DNA of 64,000 nt from Acholeplasmataceae bacterium (lineage in GTDB: Bacteria; Bacillota_I; Bacilli_A; Acholeplasmatales; Acholeplasmataceae). Shown here one piece after another: positions 31,002 through 42,131 of this stretch (positions within the stretch are counted from its first letter, which is position 1; each line of letters begins with the position of its first letter). Location: assembly GCA_963675245.1 (NCBI GenBank), contig OY775910.1:288001-352000 (forward strand), written 5' to 3'. The notes under the pieces were generated by a model. The model saw only the letters and a program-made list of their open reading frames with translations. It searched no databases and was not told the origin of the DNA. A program made the translations under genes and the position numbers.

Positions 31002-31889
31002 TTAATCACCAAAGCCAAAAGCTTTTAAATCTTGTGGGCGATTTCGCCAATCCTTTTTCACCTTAACCCAAAGTGTTAAGTGTACTTTTCTCTTTAAATA
31101 ATCGTTTATATCTTTTCTAGCTGCGGTACCTATGGCTTTAATCTTTTCACCGTTTTTCCCAATTAAGATACTTTTTTGTGTTGACCTTTCAACGATAATA
31201 ATCGCACTGACGTCTAACGTATTTTCCTTAGGATTATCAACAAGAGACTCAATTTGTACAGCCACTGCATGTGGTACTTCCTGTTCCGTTAAATATAATA
31301 TTTTTTCACGAACAAGCTCTGACAACATCACACTATCACTTTGATCACTTTTCATATCTTCCGGAAAATATTGAGGTCCTTCTGGTATGATCTTAATGAG
31401 TTCTTTTTTTAAGTGCTCAAGATGCGTATTATCTTTTGCAGATATGGGGTAATATCCAGCGAAATCATAGGTTCCTAGATAACTCATAATCATGTCATCA
31501 ATTTCAGCTTTCGATTTTAATAAATCAATTTTGTTTATCAGTAAATAAATGGGTGTGTTTAACGCTTCAAAGTAACGCATAATATGTCCTTCTGCTGCTG
31601 TTTTCTTGCGATCAACAACAAATAATACTGCATCGACATCCGTTAAACTTGAAACAGCTACTTTATCAATTTGCTTGTTTAATAAATCTTTCCCTTTATG
31701 CATACCTGGTGTATCAACAAAAACCAGTTGATAACCTGGTTCTGTAATAATACCTGAAATACGATGTCTCGTGGTTTGTGGTTTCGGACTAGTGATCGCT
31801 GCTTTCATACCAATCAAGGCATTTAAAAGCGTTGATTTACCAACATTTGGTCGTCCTACTATCGCAATAAAACCCGCTTTATGCGTCAT
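31002..31889 (-). CDS. era: GTPase Era
   Basis: GRPNVGKST, PQTTR, DTPG, NKID, KH domain IGKNG. Start probably MTHKAG. Confidence 0.98.
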   Translation of the reverse strand: MTHKAGFIAIVGRPNVGKSTLLNALIGMKAAITSPKPQTTRHRISGIITEPGYQLVFVDTPGMHKGKDLLNKQIDKVAVSSLTDVDAVLFVVDRKKTAAEGHIMRYFEALNTPIYLLINKIDLLKSKAEIDDMIMSYLGTYDFAGYYPISAKDNTHLEHLKKELIKIIPEGPQYFPEDMKSDQSDSVMLSELVREKILYLTEQEVPHAVAVQIESLVDNPKENTLDVSAIIIVERSTQKSILIGKNGEKIKAIGTAARKDINDYLKRKVHLTLWVKVKKDWRNRPQDLKAFGFGD

Positions 31890-32277
31890 CGTCATCAAAT
31901 GTTTCAAAAGCATATGGCAACAAATCATCAGTTGACATATCCTTTGTATCCCCTTTTAAATTAGCAAGCACCACTTTAGCACCTTTCGGCAACAGTTCAT
32001 GAAGAACTTGTCTGCATGATCCACATGGACTTACTGGTCCTTCTGTATCAGCAACCACCGTAATTTGCTCAATATCTTTAGGATTATATCCTTGGCTCAT
32101 TAGTGAAAAAATTGCACTTCTTTCTGCACAATTTGATAATCCTAATGCTGCATTTTCAATATTTGCACCATACACAACCGTACCATCCTTAAGTCTAATA
32201 GCAGCACCAACTTTAAAATGTGAGTAAGGTGTATATGCTCTTAAGCGTGCCTTTTTTGCATGTTCTAAATCATTCAC
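31879..32277 (-). CDS. cdd: Cytidine deaminase
   Basis: PYSHFKVGAA, NIEN, CAERSA, SPCGSCRQ. Confidence 0.98.
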   Translation of the reverse strand: MNDLEHAKKARLRAYTPYSHFKVGAAIRLKDGTVVYGANIENAALGLSNCAERSAIFSLMSQGYNPKDIEQITVVADTEGPVSPCGSCRQVLHELLPKGAKVVLANLKGDTKDMSTDDLLPYAFETFDDDDA

Positions 32278-32699
32278 GATTCAAGACTCCTTTCAAGCTT
32301 CGCTTTTTTTAATATGTCTTCTTGTTTTTCTGTCATTTCTTTTTCTTCTTCTTTCGTATGATGATCATACCCTTTTAAATGAAGATAACCGTGAACAGCT
32401 AAAAAGCCAACTTCACGATTAAAACTATGTCCATAAGTTGTCCGTTGTCTTTCTGCTTGATCTAAGCATATGAATACATCACCCAATGACTTATCTTCGG
32501 GTTCGTCATTCACAAAACTTAAAACATCAGTAATGCGATCAATATTTCTAAAGACACGGTTCAATCTTTTAATTTCTGCTTCATCAACAAAGATTAACTG
32601 CATTCCTTCTGTTTCATGTACTTTTTTAAATATTTGTCTCATAAGTTTATCAACACCAGTAATGTCTTTACTCGTTTGATTATGAATGGTTACTTTCAT
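32274..32699 (-). CDS. ybeY: rRNA maturation endoribonuclease YbeY
   Basis: TDVLSF, HGYLHLKGYDH. Confidence 0.97.
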   Translation of the reverse strand: MKVTIHNQTSKDITGVDKLMRQIFKKVHETEGMQLIFVDEAEIKRLNRVFRNIDRITDVLSFVNDEPEDKSLGDVFICLDQAERQRTTYGHSFNREVGFLAVHGYLHLKGYDHHTKEEEKEMTEKQEDILKKAKLERSLES

Positions 32700-33642
32700 G
32701 ATGATCATACCTTTCTAAGATATGTTGAACAAGTGGATGTCTAATGACATCAACATTGTCAAATGAAACAACATCAATACCTTCTAAACCATGTAATAGT
32801 TTAACAGCATGACTTAATCCAGAGTGGTTTCTAGATTGTAGATCAGTTTGGGATGGATCTCCAGTGATGACCATTTTAGATGAAAAACCTAGTCTCGTTA
32901 GAAACATCTTCATTTGTGCAGTTGTCGTGTTTTGTGCTTCGTCTAATATGACAAATGCATTTTCAAGCGTACGACCACGCATATATGCGAGTGGCGCTAT
33001 TTCTATAATGCCTTTTTCCATTAAATTCACAGTTTGTGCATTTCCTAACATTTCATATAACGCATCATATAATGGTACAAGATAAGGGTCTATTTTTTCT
33101 TTTAAGTCACCAGGTAAAAACCCTAGTGATTCACCCGCTTCAACCACAGGTCTCGTTAAAATTAATTTTTTAACAGACCCCTTTTTAAGTTCAGCAACCG
33201 CGCTAGCGACTGCTAAATATGTCTTACCAGTGCCAGCAGGTCCTATACCAAAAGTTAAATCATATTTCTTAATCGCTTCAACATATGATCGTTGATTAAA
33301 GGTTTTCGGATAAACCGCTTTACCCATATCATTTGTGATAATCTTTTCACGTTTGTGATAAAGTGAATCAATACCCTCTAAGCGATCCATTTCAGCCATT
33401 TTTATGATATACATGATATCTCTTTCATTCAGTTGAACGTGGTGTTCAGCTAACGATACTAAGACGACAAAAATAGCCTCCAAAAGTGCCTTCATTTCTG
33501 GTTTCGCGTCCGTGATAATGTCACTACCACGTACCGATACGTGAATGCCTAGGTACTGTTTGAAAACTAGTAGGTTTCGATCTTGAATGCCAACGACCCG
33601 GCTGATCGTTTCGGCATGATGAATTTGTTGATTTAACTTCAT
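32680..33642 (-). CDS. phoH: PhoH-like ATPase
   Basis: GPAGTGKT, LGFLPG, YMRGRT, DEAQN, GDPSQTD, RHPLV. Confidence 0.97.
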   Translation of the reverse strand: MKLNQQIHHAETISRVVGIQDRNLLVFKQYLGIHVSVRGSDIITDAKPEMKALLEAIFVVLVSLAEHHVQLNERDIMYIIKMAEMDRLEGIDSLYHKREKIITNDMGKAVYPKTFNQRSYVEAIKKYDLTFGIGPAGTGKTYLAVASAVAELKKGSVKKLILTRPVVEAGESLGFLPGDLKEKIDPYLVPLYDALYEMLGNAQTVNLMEKGIIEIAPLAYMRGRTLENAFVILDEAQNTTTAQMKMFLTRLGFSSKMVITGDPSQTDLQSRNHSGLSHAVKLLHGLEGIDVVSFDNVDVIRHPLVQHILERYDHHESNHS

Positions 33643-33756
33643 TCAACCGCCCCTTCTTCTATACATTAATTATACCATAATCTATAAGATTAAGGCTTTC
33701 TCAATCCATAAAATCATCAATTACAAATGAAAACGCACCATCAGGTGCGTTATTTG

Positions 33757-33930
33757 TTATTTTTTCTTCGCGCGGTTTGCACGAATACGGTCTTTACGTT
33801 CAACACTAGGCTTAACATAGAATTGACGTTTACGAGCTTCGCGGAGGGTTCCTGATTTAGAGACGTCACGTTTAAAACGGCGCAATGCGTCTTCAAGTGT
33901 TTCCTTATCTCGAACAACTGTTTTAGGCAT
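33757..33930 (-). CDS. rpsU: 30S ribosomal protein S21
   Basis: Below ORF-track cutoff. Manual translation [66 protein letters not shown]; terminator ACGCACC/GGTGCGT after it. Confidence 0.98.
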   Translation of the reverse strand: MPKTVVRDKETLEDALRRFKRDVSKSGTLREARKRQFYVKPSVERKDRIRANRAKKK

Positions 33931-34068
33931 CTTCTGCCCTCCTTCCGCGGCTACAATTATTTAGCCGTAGTTATTATATATGATTTTAATGTAATTGTCA
34001 AAGTTATATGCGTATATTTTTATTAAAATTACATACAAAGAAAAAAGCACTAACTGTGCTTTTATCTT

Positions 34069-34293
34069 TTAATGAAGAAAGTTTGAGAGTACAACAAATA
34101 CAATAAGTAATGTTGTAATGACAAGTGTTGCTCTCGTTAAGAACAACTCGAACCCTCTGTCTTTCTTATTTTTAAATAATTCAGATTTTTCACCGCTAAA
34201 TGCACTAGCTGCATCTTCATTTGAATTCTGTAATAATACAGCAACAACGAGTAGTACAGCTAAGACGATGACTAAATAATCAGCCCAGATCAT
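34069..34293 (-). CDS. secG: Preprotein translocase subunit SecG
   Basis: VLLQ..SAFSG..ELF..KDRGFELFLTRAT, two TM segments. Confidence 0.95.
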   Translation of the reverse strand: MIWADYLVIVLAVLLVVAVLLQNSNEDAASAFSGEKSELFKNKKDRGFELFLTRATLVITTLLIVFVVLSNFLH

Positions 34294-34363
34294 AATATTC
34301 CTCCTAAAACCTAATTAATGATACCAAATATATGCATTTTTGTCAATCATATTTGACGATAGT

Positions 34364-35401
34364 TTAAGCGGTTATATCATCAATAAATGCTTGAATGTCA
34401 GAAATCATGATCAGTGTTGATGTAAACCCACCACTTGCAATATACCACGCTTCACCATTTAGTGCATAAATATGACTATTTTGTCCAGCTTCTGTACTTG
34501 TCACTAAACTATTATTCAAGACAGCATCTAGCGTGGATTCGTTGCCGATTGCAGCTGCTCTGTCAAGAAGAAACAATACTTCTGGATCAACAGCAGATAC
34601 ATACTCATAACCTACTAAATCACCATGTGAACCACCTGAGTCAACATTATCATCAGCAGGAATAAACCCAAATTCATCATATAACACAGCATATCTTCCT
34701 GTTGGTCCATAAAATGATAATGCTTGACCATTAACAAGGATAAATAACGCCTCATGTGTATTTGTCATATCAGAGATGATAGTCATATCATCAACAATTT
34801 CATCTAATGTGTTTTGTAGATCATCGGCTACAGAAGGGAAAATCTTTGCGAGATTTTGTGCATTCCTTGTTAACCCTTCTAGATATTCTCCAAAGATTAA
34901 TGTCACATCTAAAATATCAGCATTTGGATATTGTTCCTTTAATGCATCATACGCACCTGTTGAACGTGAACCAAGAATGATGAGTTCTGGTTGAAATAAA
35001 TCTAAAACATCATAATCTGGTAAAAACAATGTGCCGACATGCTCATAATCACTTGACTCATATGCACTCAAAAATGTCGGTATATTGGTTTGCACGATAC
35101 CTAGTAATGAAATACTTGTTTCATCAATACCAACATAATCTAACATATCCAAGGCATCATAACTAAAGATGGCTACTCTACTTGGATTTGTTAAAAATGT
35201 TTCTGTAATCTCTTGACGGTTTAAACCTGTCGTATCATAACTCGTTCCTGATTCGCCAAGCTCTGCACCTGATAACACACTATGTGTAATTGATACTTCT
35301 TCACGTATAAACGTGTTGTCGTCATTATTAGGAATTGATGTACAACCAAGAAGTGTGAAACTAATGACCACAGTCATTATCATTATAAATCCTTTTTTCA
35401 T
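34364..35401 (-). CDS. Iron-siderophore/heme ABC substrate-binding lipoprotein (YclQ/FatB-like)
   Basis: Lipobox LLGC, NPSRVAIF, GTLFLPDY, PELII, HG..YE..DPEVLFLLDR. Confidence 0.88.
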   Translation of the reverse strand: MKKGFIMIMTVVISFTLLGCTSIPNNDDNTFIREEVSITHSVLSGAELGESGTSYDTTGLNRQEITETFLTNPSRVAIFSYDALDMLDYVGIDETSISLLGIVQTNIPTFLSAYESSDYEHVGTLFLPDYDVLDLFQPELIILGSRSTGAYDALKEQYPNADILDVTLIFGEYLEGLTRNAQNLAKIFPSVADDLQNTLDEIVDDMTIISDMTNTHEALFILVNGQALSFYGPTGRYAVLYDEFGFIPADDNVDSGGSHGDLVGYEYVSAVDPEVLFLLDRAAAIGNESTLDAVLNNSLVTSTEAGQNSHIYALNGEAWYIASGGFTSTLIMISDIQAFIDDITA

Positions 35402-36216
35402 TCTAATTCTCCTTTATTTAAAGATACCAATGTATCTATATTTTTGTTTTCATATTGATTTTGATAGAATAAACAAATTTTTCTTCCGTTATAACCAGCA
35501 ATACAAAAATCATGATCAAACGTACGATCTAAAATATCTTTTTCAATCATCTCATCCACACTACCTTCAGCTAATATTTCACCATCTTTCATCGCGATAA
35601 TATGATCTGAAAATGCGGCTGCAAAATTAATATCATGCATGACAACTACGATTGTTTTCCCGAGTTCTTTAACCATTTTTTCTAACATAGTCATCATTTC
35701 TACCGCGTGCTTCATATCGAGATTATTAAGTGGTTCGTCTAATAATATGTATGGCGTATCTTGTGCCAGCACCATCGCGATATAGGCGCGCTGTCTTTGC
35801 CCACCAGACAATTTTTCGATCGACTTATTTTCGATATCGGTTAATTTCATATACGAAATGGCCATATTAATCATCGCGATATCTTCCGTTTTTAATCGTC
35901 CTTTAGAGTGTGGAAAGCGACCAAATGTAACAAGTTCTCTCACAGTCACACGCATCGCAATGTGGTTGGTTTGTTTTAAAATAGCAAGTTTCCTAGCAAT
36001 CTCATCTGACTTCATGGTAGCCATATCAATACCATCGATAAAAATATCACCTTGATTGGGGGATATCAATCTTGAAACCACACTTAAAAGTGTTGATTTA
36101 CCCGCACCATTCGCACCAATAAGTGCTGTAATTTTACCTTCTTGTATATGAAGATTAATATTTTTCAAGACATTTAAATCTTGATATGATTTGTCAATAT
36201 TTCTAATTTCAATCAT
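35398..36216 (-). CDS. Iron ABC transporter ATPase (YclP/FatE-like)
   Basis: GANGAGKST, LSGGQRQRA, LLDEPLNNLDMKH. Confidence 0.93.
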   Translation of the reverse strand: MIEIRNIDKSYQDLNVLKNINLHIQEGKITALIGANGAGKSTLLSVVSRLISPNQGDIFIDGIDMATMKSDEIARKLAILKQTNHIAMRVTVRELVTFGRFPHSKGRLKTEDIAMINMAISYMKLTDIENKSIEKLSGGQRQRAYIAMVLAQDTPYILLDEPLNNLDMKHAVEMMTMLEKMVKELGKTIVVVMHDINFAAAFSDHIIAMKDGEILAEGSVDEMIEKDILDRTFDHDFCIAGYNGRKICLFYQNQYENKNIDTLVSLNKGELE

Positions 36217-37211
36217 GTACGATTCTCCTTTAAGATGAGATAAATCATATAAAAGCCTCCAACTAAATTAATGAGCACTGTCACTGTCGTTTGATAACCG
36301 GTTTCTGCAATCATCGTTTGTCCTAAGACAAGGAAGATGATGGCTAACAAACTTGACACAATCATTAATTCTTTATGTTTATAAGTTTGAAGTAATTCTC
36401 GTGCTGCATTGACTGCAAGCAATCCTAAGAAAGCAATCGGTCCAATGAGTGCTGTAGATATGGCCATCGCGAACGCGATATAAATGAGTGCACCATTCAT
36501 TTTTTTATGATGAGGAACACCTAATCCAATCGCTTCAGATTCACCTAGCGCCATCACATCATAATATTTAAATTGGTTCACCAATAATCCAATCATGATT
36601 ATCATGAGTGGTACAGCTAAAATGATAATTGATGTATTCATATTTGTAATCGTTACTTCTGTGCTGATCACAACCGATTGAAATGAGTTTGGATCCATAA
36701 TCGTTTGTAAAAAACTAGAAAGTGATCTTGCAAGTGTGGATAATATCAAACCAACCAGTAATAAAAAGATGATATGATTTCGATCTTTTTTCAAAATAAA
36801 TCGATAAATCAATAATGCTGATCCGACCATAACGATCGTTGCAAAACCAAATCTTAAAAACGGATTTGTAATCAATAACGAATTCGATCCTAAAAAGAAT
36901 ACAATCGCTGTTTGAGATAATACAAATAACGCATCAAACCCAATTAAACTCGGTGTTAAAATTCTGCTATGCGTCATCGTTTGAAAGACCAATGAGGTAG
37001 TCGCGATAAGAACTGCAGATACCACCATCGCGATCACTTGATACCCTCTTCGTTCTAAAATACTGAAGATGGCATCCTTCATCGCGAGTGCCAATACAGG
37101 ATCTTCTGGGAATAAATCATAAGGGGTTGTTATCATCCAAAAAGTCAAATACAACATAACTGATATAACGGCTAACAAAGAGAATATCCAGACATATTTA
37201 TGCTTTATCAT
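36213..37211 (-). CDS. FecCD-family iron ABC permease (YclO/FatC-like)
   Basis: FQTMTHSRILTPSLIG, GPIAFLGL. Confidence 0.92.
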   Translation of the reverse strand: MIKHKYVWIFSLLAVISVMLYLTFWMITTPYDLFPEDPVLALAMKDAIFSILERRGYQVIAMVVSAVLIATTSLVFQTMTHSRILTPSLIGFDALFVLSQTAIVFFLGSNSLLITNPFLRFGFATIVMVGSALLIYRFILKKDRNHIIFLLLVGLILSTLARSLSSFLQTIMDPNSFQSVVISTEVTITNMNTSIIILAVPLMIIMIGLLVNQFKYYDVMALGESEAIGLGVPHHKKMNGALIYIAFAMAISTALIGPIAFLGLLAVNAARELLQTYKHKELMIVSSLLAIIFLVLGQTMIAETGYQTTVTVLINLVGGFYMIYLILKENRT

Positions 37212-38172
37212 ATGACATCCTCCGATAGATAATGATTAAGAATATCAATGCACCTAAGATGCCCATCGTAAAGCTTATCGCGACTTCATAAGGAAAAATA
37301 ACAACTCTTGAGATAATATCATTAATTAATACAAAGGATGAACCAAAGAGAGCTACATCAACCATATTTTTCTTGACACCATCCCCATAATACATCGTAA
37401 CTAAATTAGGGATGATCAATCCAATAAATGGTAAGTGACCAACCATCACGAAATTGACTGCTGTAATGGCTGAGATAATGATTAATCCAAGCGCGATAAC
37501 AAACTTGTAATTCACACCTAAATTTTTAGCAAAGTCTTCACCCATACCAACAATTGAAAAACGTGTCGCATAAATGAATGCTAATACAATTACGGGAATC
37601 ACTAGAAATAATAATTCATAAGTTCCAATCGCTTTATTTGCAAATCCACCAACACCAATTGTTTGTATAAACTGTAAGGCATTAAACTGATATGCAATAA
37701 ATGTTGATATAGCAGCTATCATCGCTCCATACATCATACCCACTAATGGTACATAAATAATATTTTTAAATTGAATGCGGTTAAGCATCAATATAAAAAT
37801 AATGGATGACACGAGCGCAAACGCGAATGCGAACACCGTTCTAATCACAACCGTCTGATTACCGAACAATAAGAAACCTATGAGCAATCCTAAAACAGCA
37901 GCATTCGTTGTTCCTGCAGTTGAAGGTGCAACAAATTTATTTCGACTGATTGCTTGCATAATAAGTCCTGCAATGGATAATGCAGATGCAGATAATATAA
38001 TCGCAACCGTTCTAGGAATTCTTGAGATCCATAACACTTCCCACGCATGAGCATCACCCTTAAAAAGTGCACTAAATGTTAAATCTAGTACACCAATTCT
38101 TAAAGACGTGATGACAAGTAAAGAAAAGACGATAACCAGGATAATTCTTTTATGACTAAGTAGACGTTTCAT
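37198..38172 (-). CDS. FecCD-family iron ABC permease (YclN/FatD-like)
   Basis: SRIPRT, MQAISRNKFVAPSTAGT, FIGLIIPN. Start uncertain (38172 or 38184). Confidence 0.92.
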   Translation of the reverse strand: MKRLLSHKRIILVIVFSLLVITSLRIGVLDLTFSALFKGDAHAWEVLWISRIPRTVAIILSASALSIAGLIMQAISRNKFVAPSTAGTTNAAVLGLLIGFLLFGNQTVVIRTVFAFAFALVSSIIFILMLNRIQFKNIIYVPLVGMMYGAMIAAISTFIAYQFNALQFIQTIGVGGFANKAIGTYELLFLVIPVIVLAFIYATRFSIVGMGEDFAKNLGVNYKFVIALGLIIISAITAVNFVMVGHLPFIGLIIPNLVTMYYGDGVKKNMVDVALFGSSFVLINDIISRVVIFPYEVAISFTMGILGALIFLIIIYRRMSYDKA

Positions 38173-38479
38173 GTATGCTTTCATCAACCTGATAAACTTC
38201 ATATTTATCCTTAACCACATCGATTAGTCCTTCTGGTTTTTCTTTCTTCTCTTGGTGCATCTTGATATGCGCTGGACTAGCTTCCCATCTGTAATATGCA
38301 TTCTTATCTGTGAAATAGATGGACATGCGAACAAAAGAAATGCCATTGGTTGTTCGAATGGCAATTTCTCTTTTTTCAAATCCATCAAATGTTAAGAGTG
38401 GTGACTCTTTTTTAAAACGCTCTAAAAATGTATTGAGATGTGCTTCTTGCACATGAAATGTTTTACTTACGATGTACAT
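38156..38479 (-). CDS. ABM/IsdG-like monooxygenase-fold protein
   Basis: ERF..GF..W..S.AH..H pattern of the IsdG/ABM family; first gene of the iron ABC operon; RBS GGAGG. Confidence 0.8.
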   Translation of the reverse strand: MYIVSKTFHVQEAHLNTFLERFKKESPLLTFDGFEKREIAIRTTNGISFVRMSIYFTDKNAYYRWEASPAHIKMHQEKKEKPEGLIDVVKDKYEVYQVDESIHETST

Positions 38480-38614
38480 CAAAATCCTCCTCTGTAATCA
38501 CATCAATTTTAAAGTAATCGTTGTTGTATTACAAAGGATACGATAAAGATTATAAAGACCCCTTTTGTTTATAATAATTAGTATCTAAATCATAATAAAG
38601 ACGAGTATTCTCGT

Positions 38615-39136
38615 CTATTTCTTTCTTTCTGTTCTTACAGCTGGCACACCTTTTAACAAACTGTTTGCAGGTGCATCTTTAACAACAACTGCACCAGCAG
38701 CAATAATACTATGTTCGCCAATATGAATCGGACCGATTAACGTCGCACCAGCATAAATCATACTACCACTACCAATTTTAGGATGTCTATCTACTTTTTC
38801 AAATGTATTCGCTCCAAGCGTCACACCATGATAGAGTACACATCCATCACCGATTTCTGCGGTCTCTCCAATCACCGTGCCCATCCCATGATCAATGAAG
38901 ACTCCTGTACCTATTTTGGCTGCTGGATGGATATCTATACCGGTTTTCTTTCTTGTACGATAACTTATCCATCTTGCATAATTAAATCTTCCTTTAAGCC
39001 ATTGTTTGTGTGCTCTCCTGTGTCTTCTTAAGGCAATCACACCAGGATAGGTAAAATACACCATGAAACAACATGGTGCTGCTGGATCATATAATTTTGC
39101 TGCTCTAACATCTTTTATGACACACTCTTTTTTCAT
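38615..39136 (-). CDS. cysE: Serine O-acetyltransferase
   Basis: YPG, TGIDIHPAAKIG..FIDHGMGTVIGETA, RHPKIG hexapeptide repeats. Confidence 0.96.
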   Translation of the reverse strand: MKKECVIKDVRAAKLYDPAAPCCFMVYFTYPGVIALRRHRRAHKQWLKGRFNYARWISYRTRKKTGIDIHPAAKIGTGVFIDHGMGTVIGETAEIGDGCVLYHGVTLGANTFEKVDRHPKIGSGSMIYAGATLIGPIHIGEHSIIAAGAVVVKDAPANSLLKGVPAVRTERKK

Positions 39137-40059
39137 TGATATAACTCCGTTGATAAATAACGTTCTCCCGTGTCAGGAATAATCACGACAATTCGTTTAC
39201 CTTTGTTTTCATCTCTTTTAGCTAGGATGGTTGCAGCATATAATGCAGCTCCTGCTGAAATACCAGCAAACACACCTTCAGTTCTAGCAAGTATTCTTGC
39301 CGTATCAAATGCTTCTTTACCAGTTACTTTAATCACTTCATCAATCACATTGACGTTTAACACTTTAGGTATAAATCCTGCACCAATACCTTGTATTGGA
39401 TGAGGTCCAGGTTCTCCACCTGATATCACAGGAGATTCAGCTGGTTCTACTGCAATAATCTTAATATCTTTTAATTCTTTTTTAAGGACTTCTCCGACAC
39501 CCGTTACGGTACCACCTGTACCAACACCAGCAACAAAGAAATCGAGATGATTATCCGTATCAGCAAGAATTTCTTTCACTGTGGTTTGTCTATGAACTTC
39601 AGGATTTGCTAAATTCTCAAATTGCATGGGCATAATCGCATCAGCATGTTGATCGATCATTTCTTGGGCTTTTGCAATAGATCCCTTCATCCCTTTAGTT
39701 TTATCTGTTAAGATGACGTTTGCACCTAATGCCTTAACGATTTGAACACGTTCTTTTGATACACTCTCAGGCATCACAATCGTTAATGGATATCCCTTTG
39801 ATGCACATATGAATGCGAGTCCTATACCGGTGTTACCTGATGATGGTTCAACAAATATTGTATGTTCATTTACTAAACCTTCATTTTCAATCGCTTCAAT
39901 TAATCCTTTAGCGAGTCTATCTTTCACGCTTGATAATGGATTAAAGTATTCTAGTTTAGCAACGATTTCAGCTTTAGCATCCACTAATTTAGCATAACGT
40001 TCAAGTGATAATAATGGTGTGTTTCCAACTAAGTCTATAATTGATTTTGATATGTTCAT
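39133..40059 (-). CDS. cysK: Cysteine synthase A
   Basis: SVKDR (PLP Lys), SSGNTG, GTGGT, IQGIGAGF, PDTGERYLST. Confidence 0.98.
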   Translation of the reverse strand: MNISKSIIDLVGNTPLLSLERYAKLVDAKAEIVAKLEYFNPLSSVKDRLAKGLIEAIENEGLVNEHTIFVEPSSGNTGIGLAFICASKGYPLTIVMPESVSKERVQIVKALGANVILTDKTKGMKGSIAKAQEMIDQHADAIMPMQFENLANPEVHRQTTVKEILADTDNHLDFFVAGVGTGGTVTGVGEVLKKELKDIKIIAVEPAESPVISGGEPGPHPIQGIGAGFIPKVLNVNVIDEVIKVTGKEAFDTARILARTEGVFAGISAGAALYAATILAKRDENKGKRIVVIIPDTGERYLSTELYQ

Positions 40060-40154
40060 TTAATTCACTCCTTTGACCGTATCTCATTATATCGCTTTTC
40101 ACTTTATAAATCATATGATATGCTATATAATAGCCATATCAAAAAGGAGGCATT

Positions 40155-40763
40155 ATGCAAATAAAAAGATTCCCACTAGGAAACCTCAAAAGTAATTGTT
40201 TTATTGTTCATAACAATCAAAAGGCTTATATCGTTGATCCAGGGTATGAAAGTCAAGACGTGTTAGACTTTATTAACGACAATCAACTCGATGTATCCTT
40301 TATTTATATTACACATGGTCACCCTGATCACATTGGTGGTATTAACTTTTTAAATCAATTTTTAAACGTGCCTGTATATGCACCACTAAAAGATCAATGG
40401 TGGATTGATGTGTATGGTCCTTCTCAAAACATCAATGCGACTGTCACAAATTACATCAAAGAACCATTTGACATTAGCTTTAATGGTGAAGCACTAAAGG
40501 TTTATGATACCCCTGGTCATTCTGAGGGTGGTACTGTCCTTTATAGTAAAACACATCGTTATCTATTTACTGGTGACACGTTGTTTTTTGAAACAGTTGG
40601 TAGAACAGATATTCCCCATGCTGATAAAGATGTATTAGTTCAATCAATTAAACGAATGTATGATCTATTTCCAGAAGATACAGTCGTTTATCCAGGTCAC
40701 GGAAAAGAAACCAGTATTGGTCATGAACAAACACATAATCCATTCGTAAGAAAAGGCGCTTAA
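40155..40763 (+). CDS. MBL-fold metallo-hydrolase (glyoxalase II-like)
   Basis: THGHPDHIG, TPGHSEG, TGDTLF, PGHG. Confidence 0.93.
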   Translation: MQIKRFPLGNLKSNCFIVHNNQKAYIVDPGYESQDVLDFINDNQLDVSFIYITHGHPDHIGGINFLNQFLNVPVYAPLKDQWWIDVYGPSQNINATVTNYIKEPFDISFNGEALKVYDTPGHSEGGTVLYSKTHRYLFTGDTLFFETVGRTDIPHADKDVLVQSIKRMYDLFPEDTVVYPGHGKETSIGHEQTHNPFVRKGA

Positions 40764-40774
40764 TTGCGCCTTTT
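40752..40774. terminator. Bidirectional terminator
   Basis: AAAAGGCGC-TTAATT-GCGCCTTTT between convergent genes. Confidence 0.8.
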
Positions 40775-40784
40775 ACATTGTTTA

Positions 40785-42131
40785 TTATATAACGTTTAAA
40801 TATTTTTCAAGTTCAAAAGCTGTTACCTTAGTCTTATATTCATCCCATTCTTTTGTTTTAGCTTCCATAAGTTTTTCATATAAGAAATCACCCATCGCTG
40901 ATTTCATTAATTTAGATGAACTAAAGTTTGCAATCGCTTCTTGTAGTGATCCTGGTAAATTTTTAATACCCATCCGTTTACGTTCATGTTCTGACATTTT
41001 AAAGAGGTTTTTCTTAATAGGTGAAATTGTCTTCAAATCACTCTTTAAACCATCTAGACCAGATGCCAATAACGCACTGATTGCGAGATATGGATTTGAT
41101 GATGGATCAACTGAACGCACTTCAATACGTGTCGCGTTGCCGCGAGCAGCAGGTATTCTAATCATCGTTGAACGGTTTGCGTCACTCCATGAAATATAAA
41201 CAGGTGCTTCAAAGCCAGGAACGAGACGTTTATATGAATTAACAGTAGGATTTGTCGCTAAGCAGAATTCACGTGCGTGTTTCATGACACCTGAGATAAA
41301 TTGAAGTGCAGTGTGTGATAATTGATTTGATGTGTTTGGATCATAGAATAGATTATTACCATCTACATCTGAAATAGAGCAGTTTGTATGCATACCTGAT
41401 CCATTAATACCTTCAACTGGTTTTGGCATGAATGTTGCATGATAACCATGACGTCTAGCCACGTTTTTTACAACGACTTTAAACGTTTGTATGTTATCAC
41501 ATGCTTCTAAAGCATTATCAAAATGGAAATTAATTTCATGTTGTCCATAAGCTACTTCATGGTGTGAAACTTCCATTTCAAACCCCATATTTTCTAGTTC
41601 TAACACGATATCTCTTCTAACATCTTCTGATTCATCGATAGGTGCTAAATCGAAATAACCACCCATATCTGAGAATTCCATGGTTGGTTTACCATCATCA
41701 CCTAATTTGAATAAAAAGAATTCTGGTTCTACACCAACATTAAATTTACCAAATTTAGGATTGAATTTACGCATTTCTTCTAGATTGCGTTTAAGAATGT
41801 ATCTTGGGTCCCCTTCAAATGGTACATGGTCTGTGGTATAAATATCACAAATTAAACGTGCAACCTTACCATGAGGAATGGTTTCCCATTCAAGAATGAG
41901 CCAAGTTGATAAGTCAGGATATAAATACATATCTGCTTCATCAATACGAACGAATCCTTGAATTGATGAACCATCAAACATGACTTCATTGGCAAGTGCT
42001 TTTTCTAGATTCGTTACTGGAATCTCAACATTCTTAACAACACCAAGCATATCCGTAAATTGAAGACGAACATATTTGACATTATTGTCTTTTGCTGATT
42101 GTAGGATATCAGCACGTGAGTAGTTCTTCAT
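40785..42131 (-). CDS. glnA: Glutamine synthetase type I
   Basis: [47 protein letters not shown]. Confidence 0.98.
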   Translation of the reverse strand: MKNYSRADILQSAKDNNVKYVRLQFTDMLGVVKNVEIPVTNLEKALANEVMFDGSSIQGFVRIDEADMYLYPDLSTWLILEWETIPHGKVARLICDIYTTDHVPFEGDPRYILKRNLEEMRKFNPKFGKFNVGVEPEFFLFKLGDDGKPTMEFSDMGGYFDLAPIDESEDVRRDIVLELENMGFEMEVSHHEVAYGQHEINFHFDNALEACDNIQTFKVVVKNVARRHGYHATFMPKPVEGINGSGMHTNCSISDVDGNNLFYDPNTSNQLSHTALQFISGVMKHAREFCLATNPTVNSYKRLVPGFEAPVYISWSDANRSTMIRIPAARGNATRIEVRSVDPSSNPYLAISALLASGLDGLKSDLKTISPIKKNLFKMSEHERKRMGIKNLPGSLQEAIANFSSSKLMKSAMGDFLYEKLMEAKTKEWDEYKTKVTAFELEKYLNVI

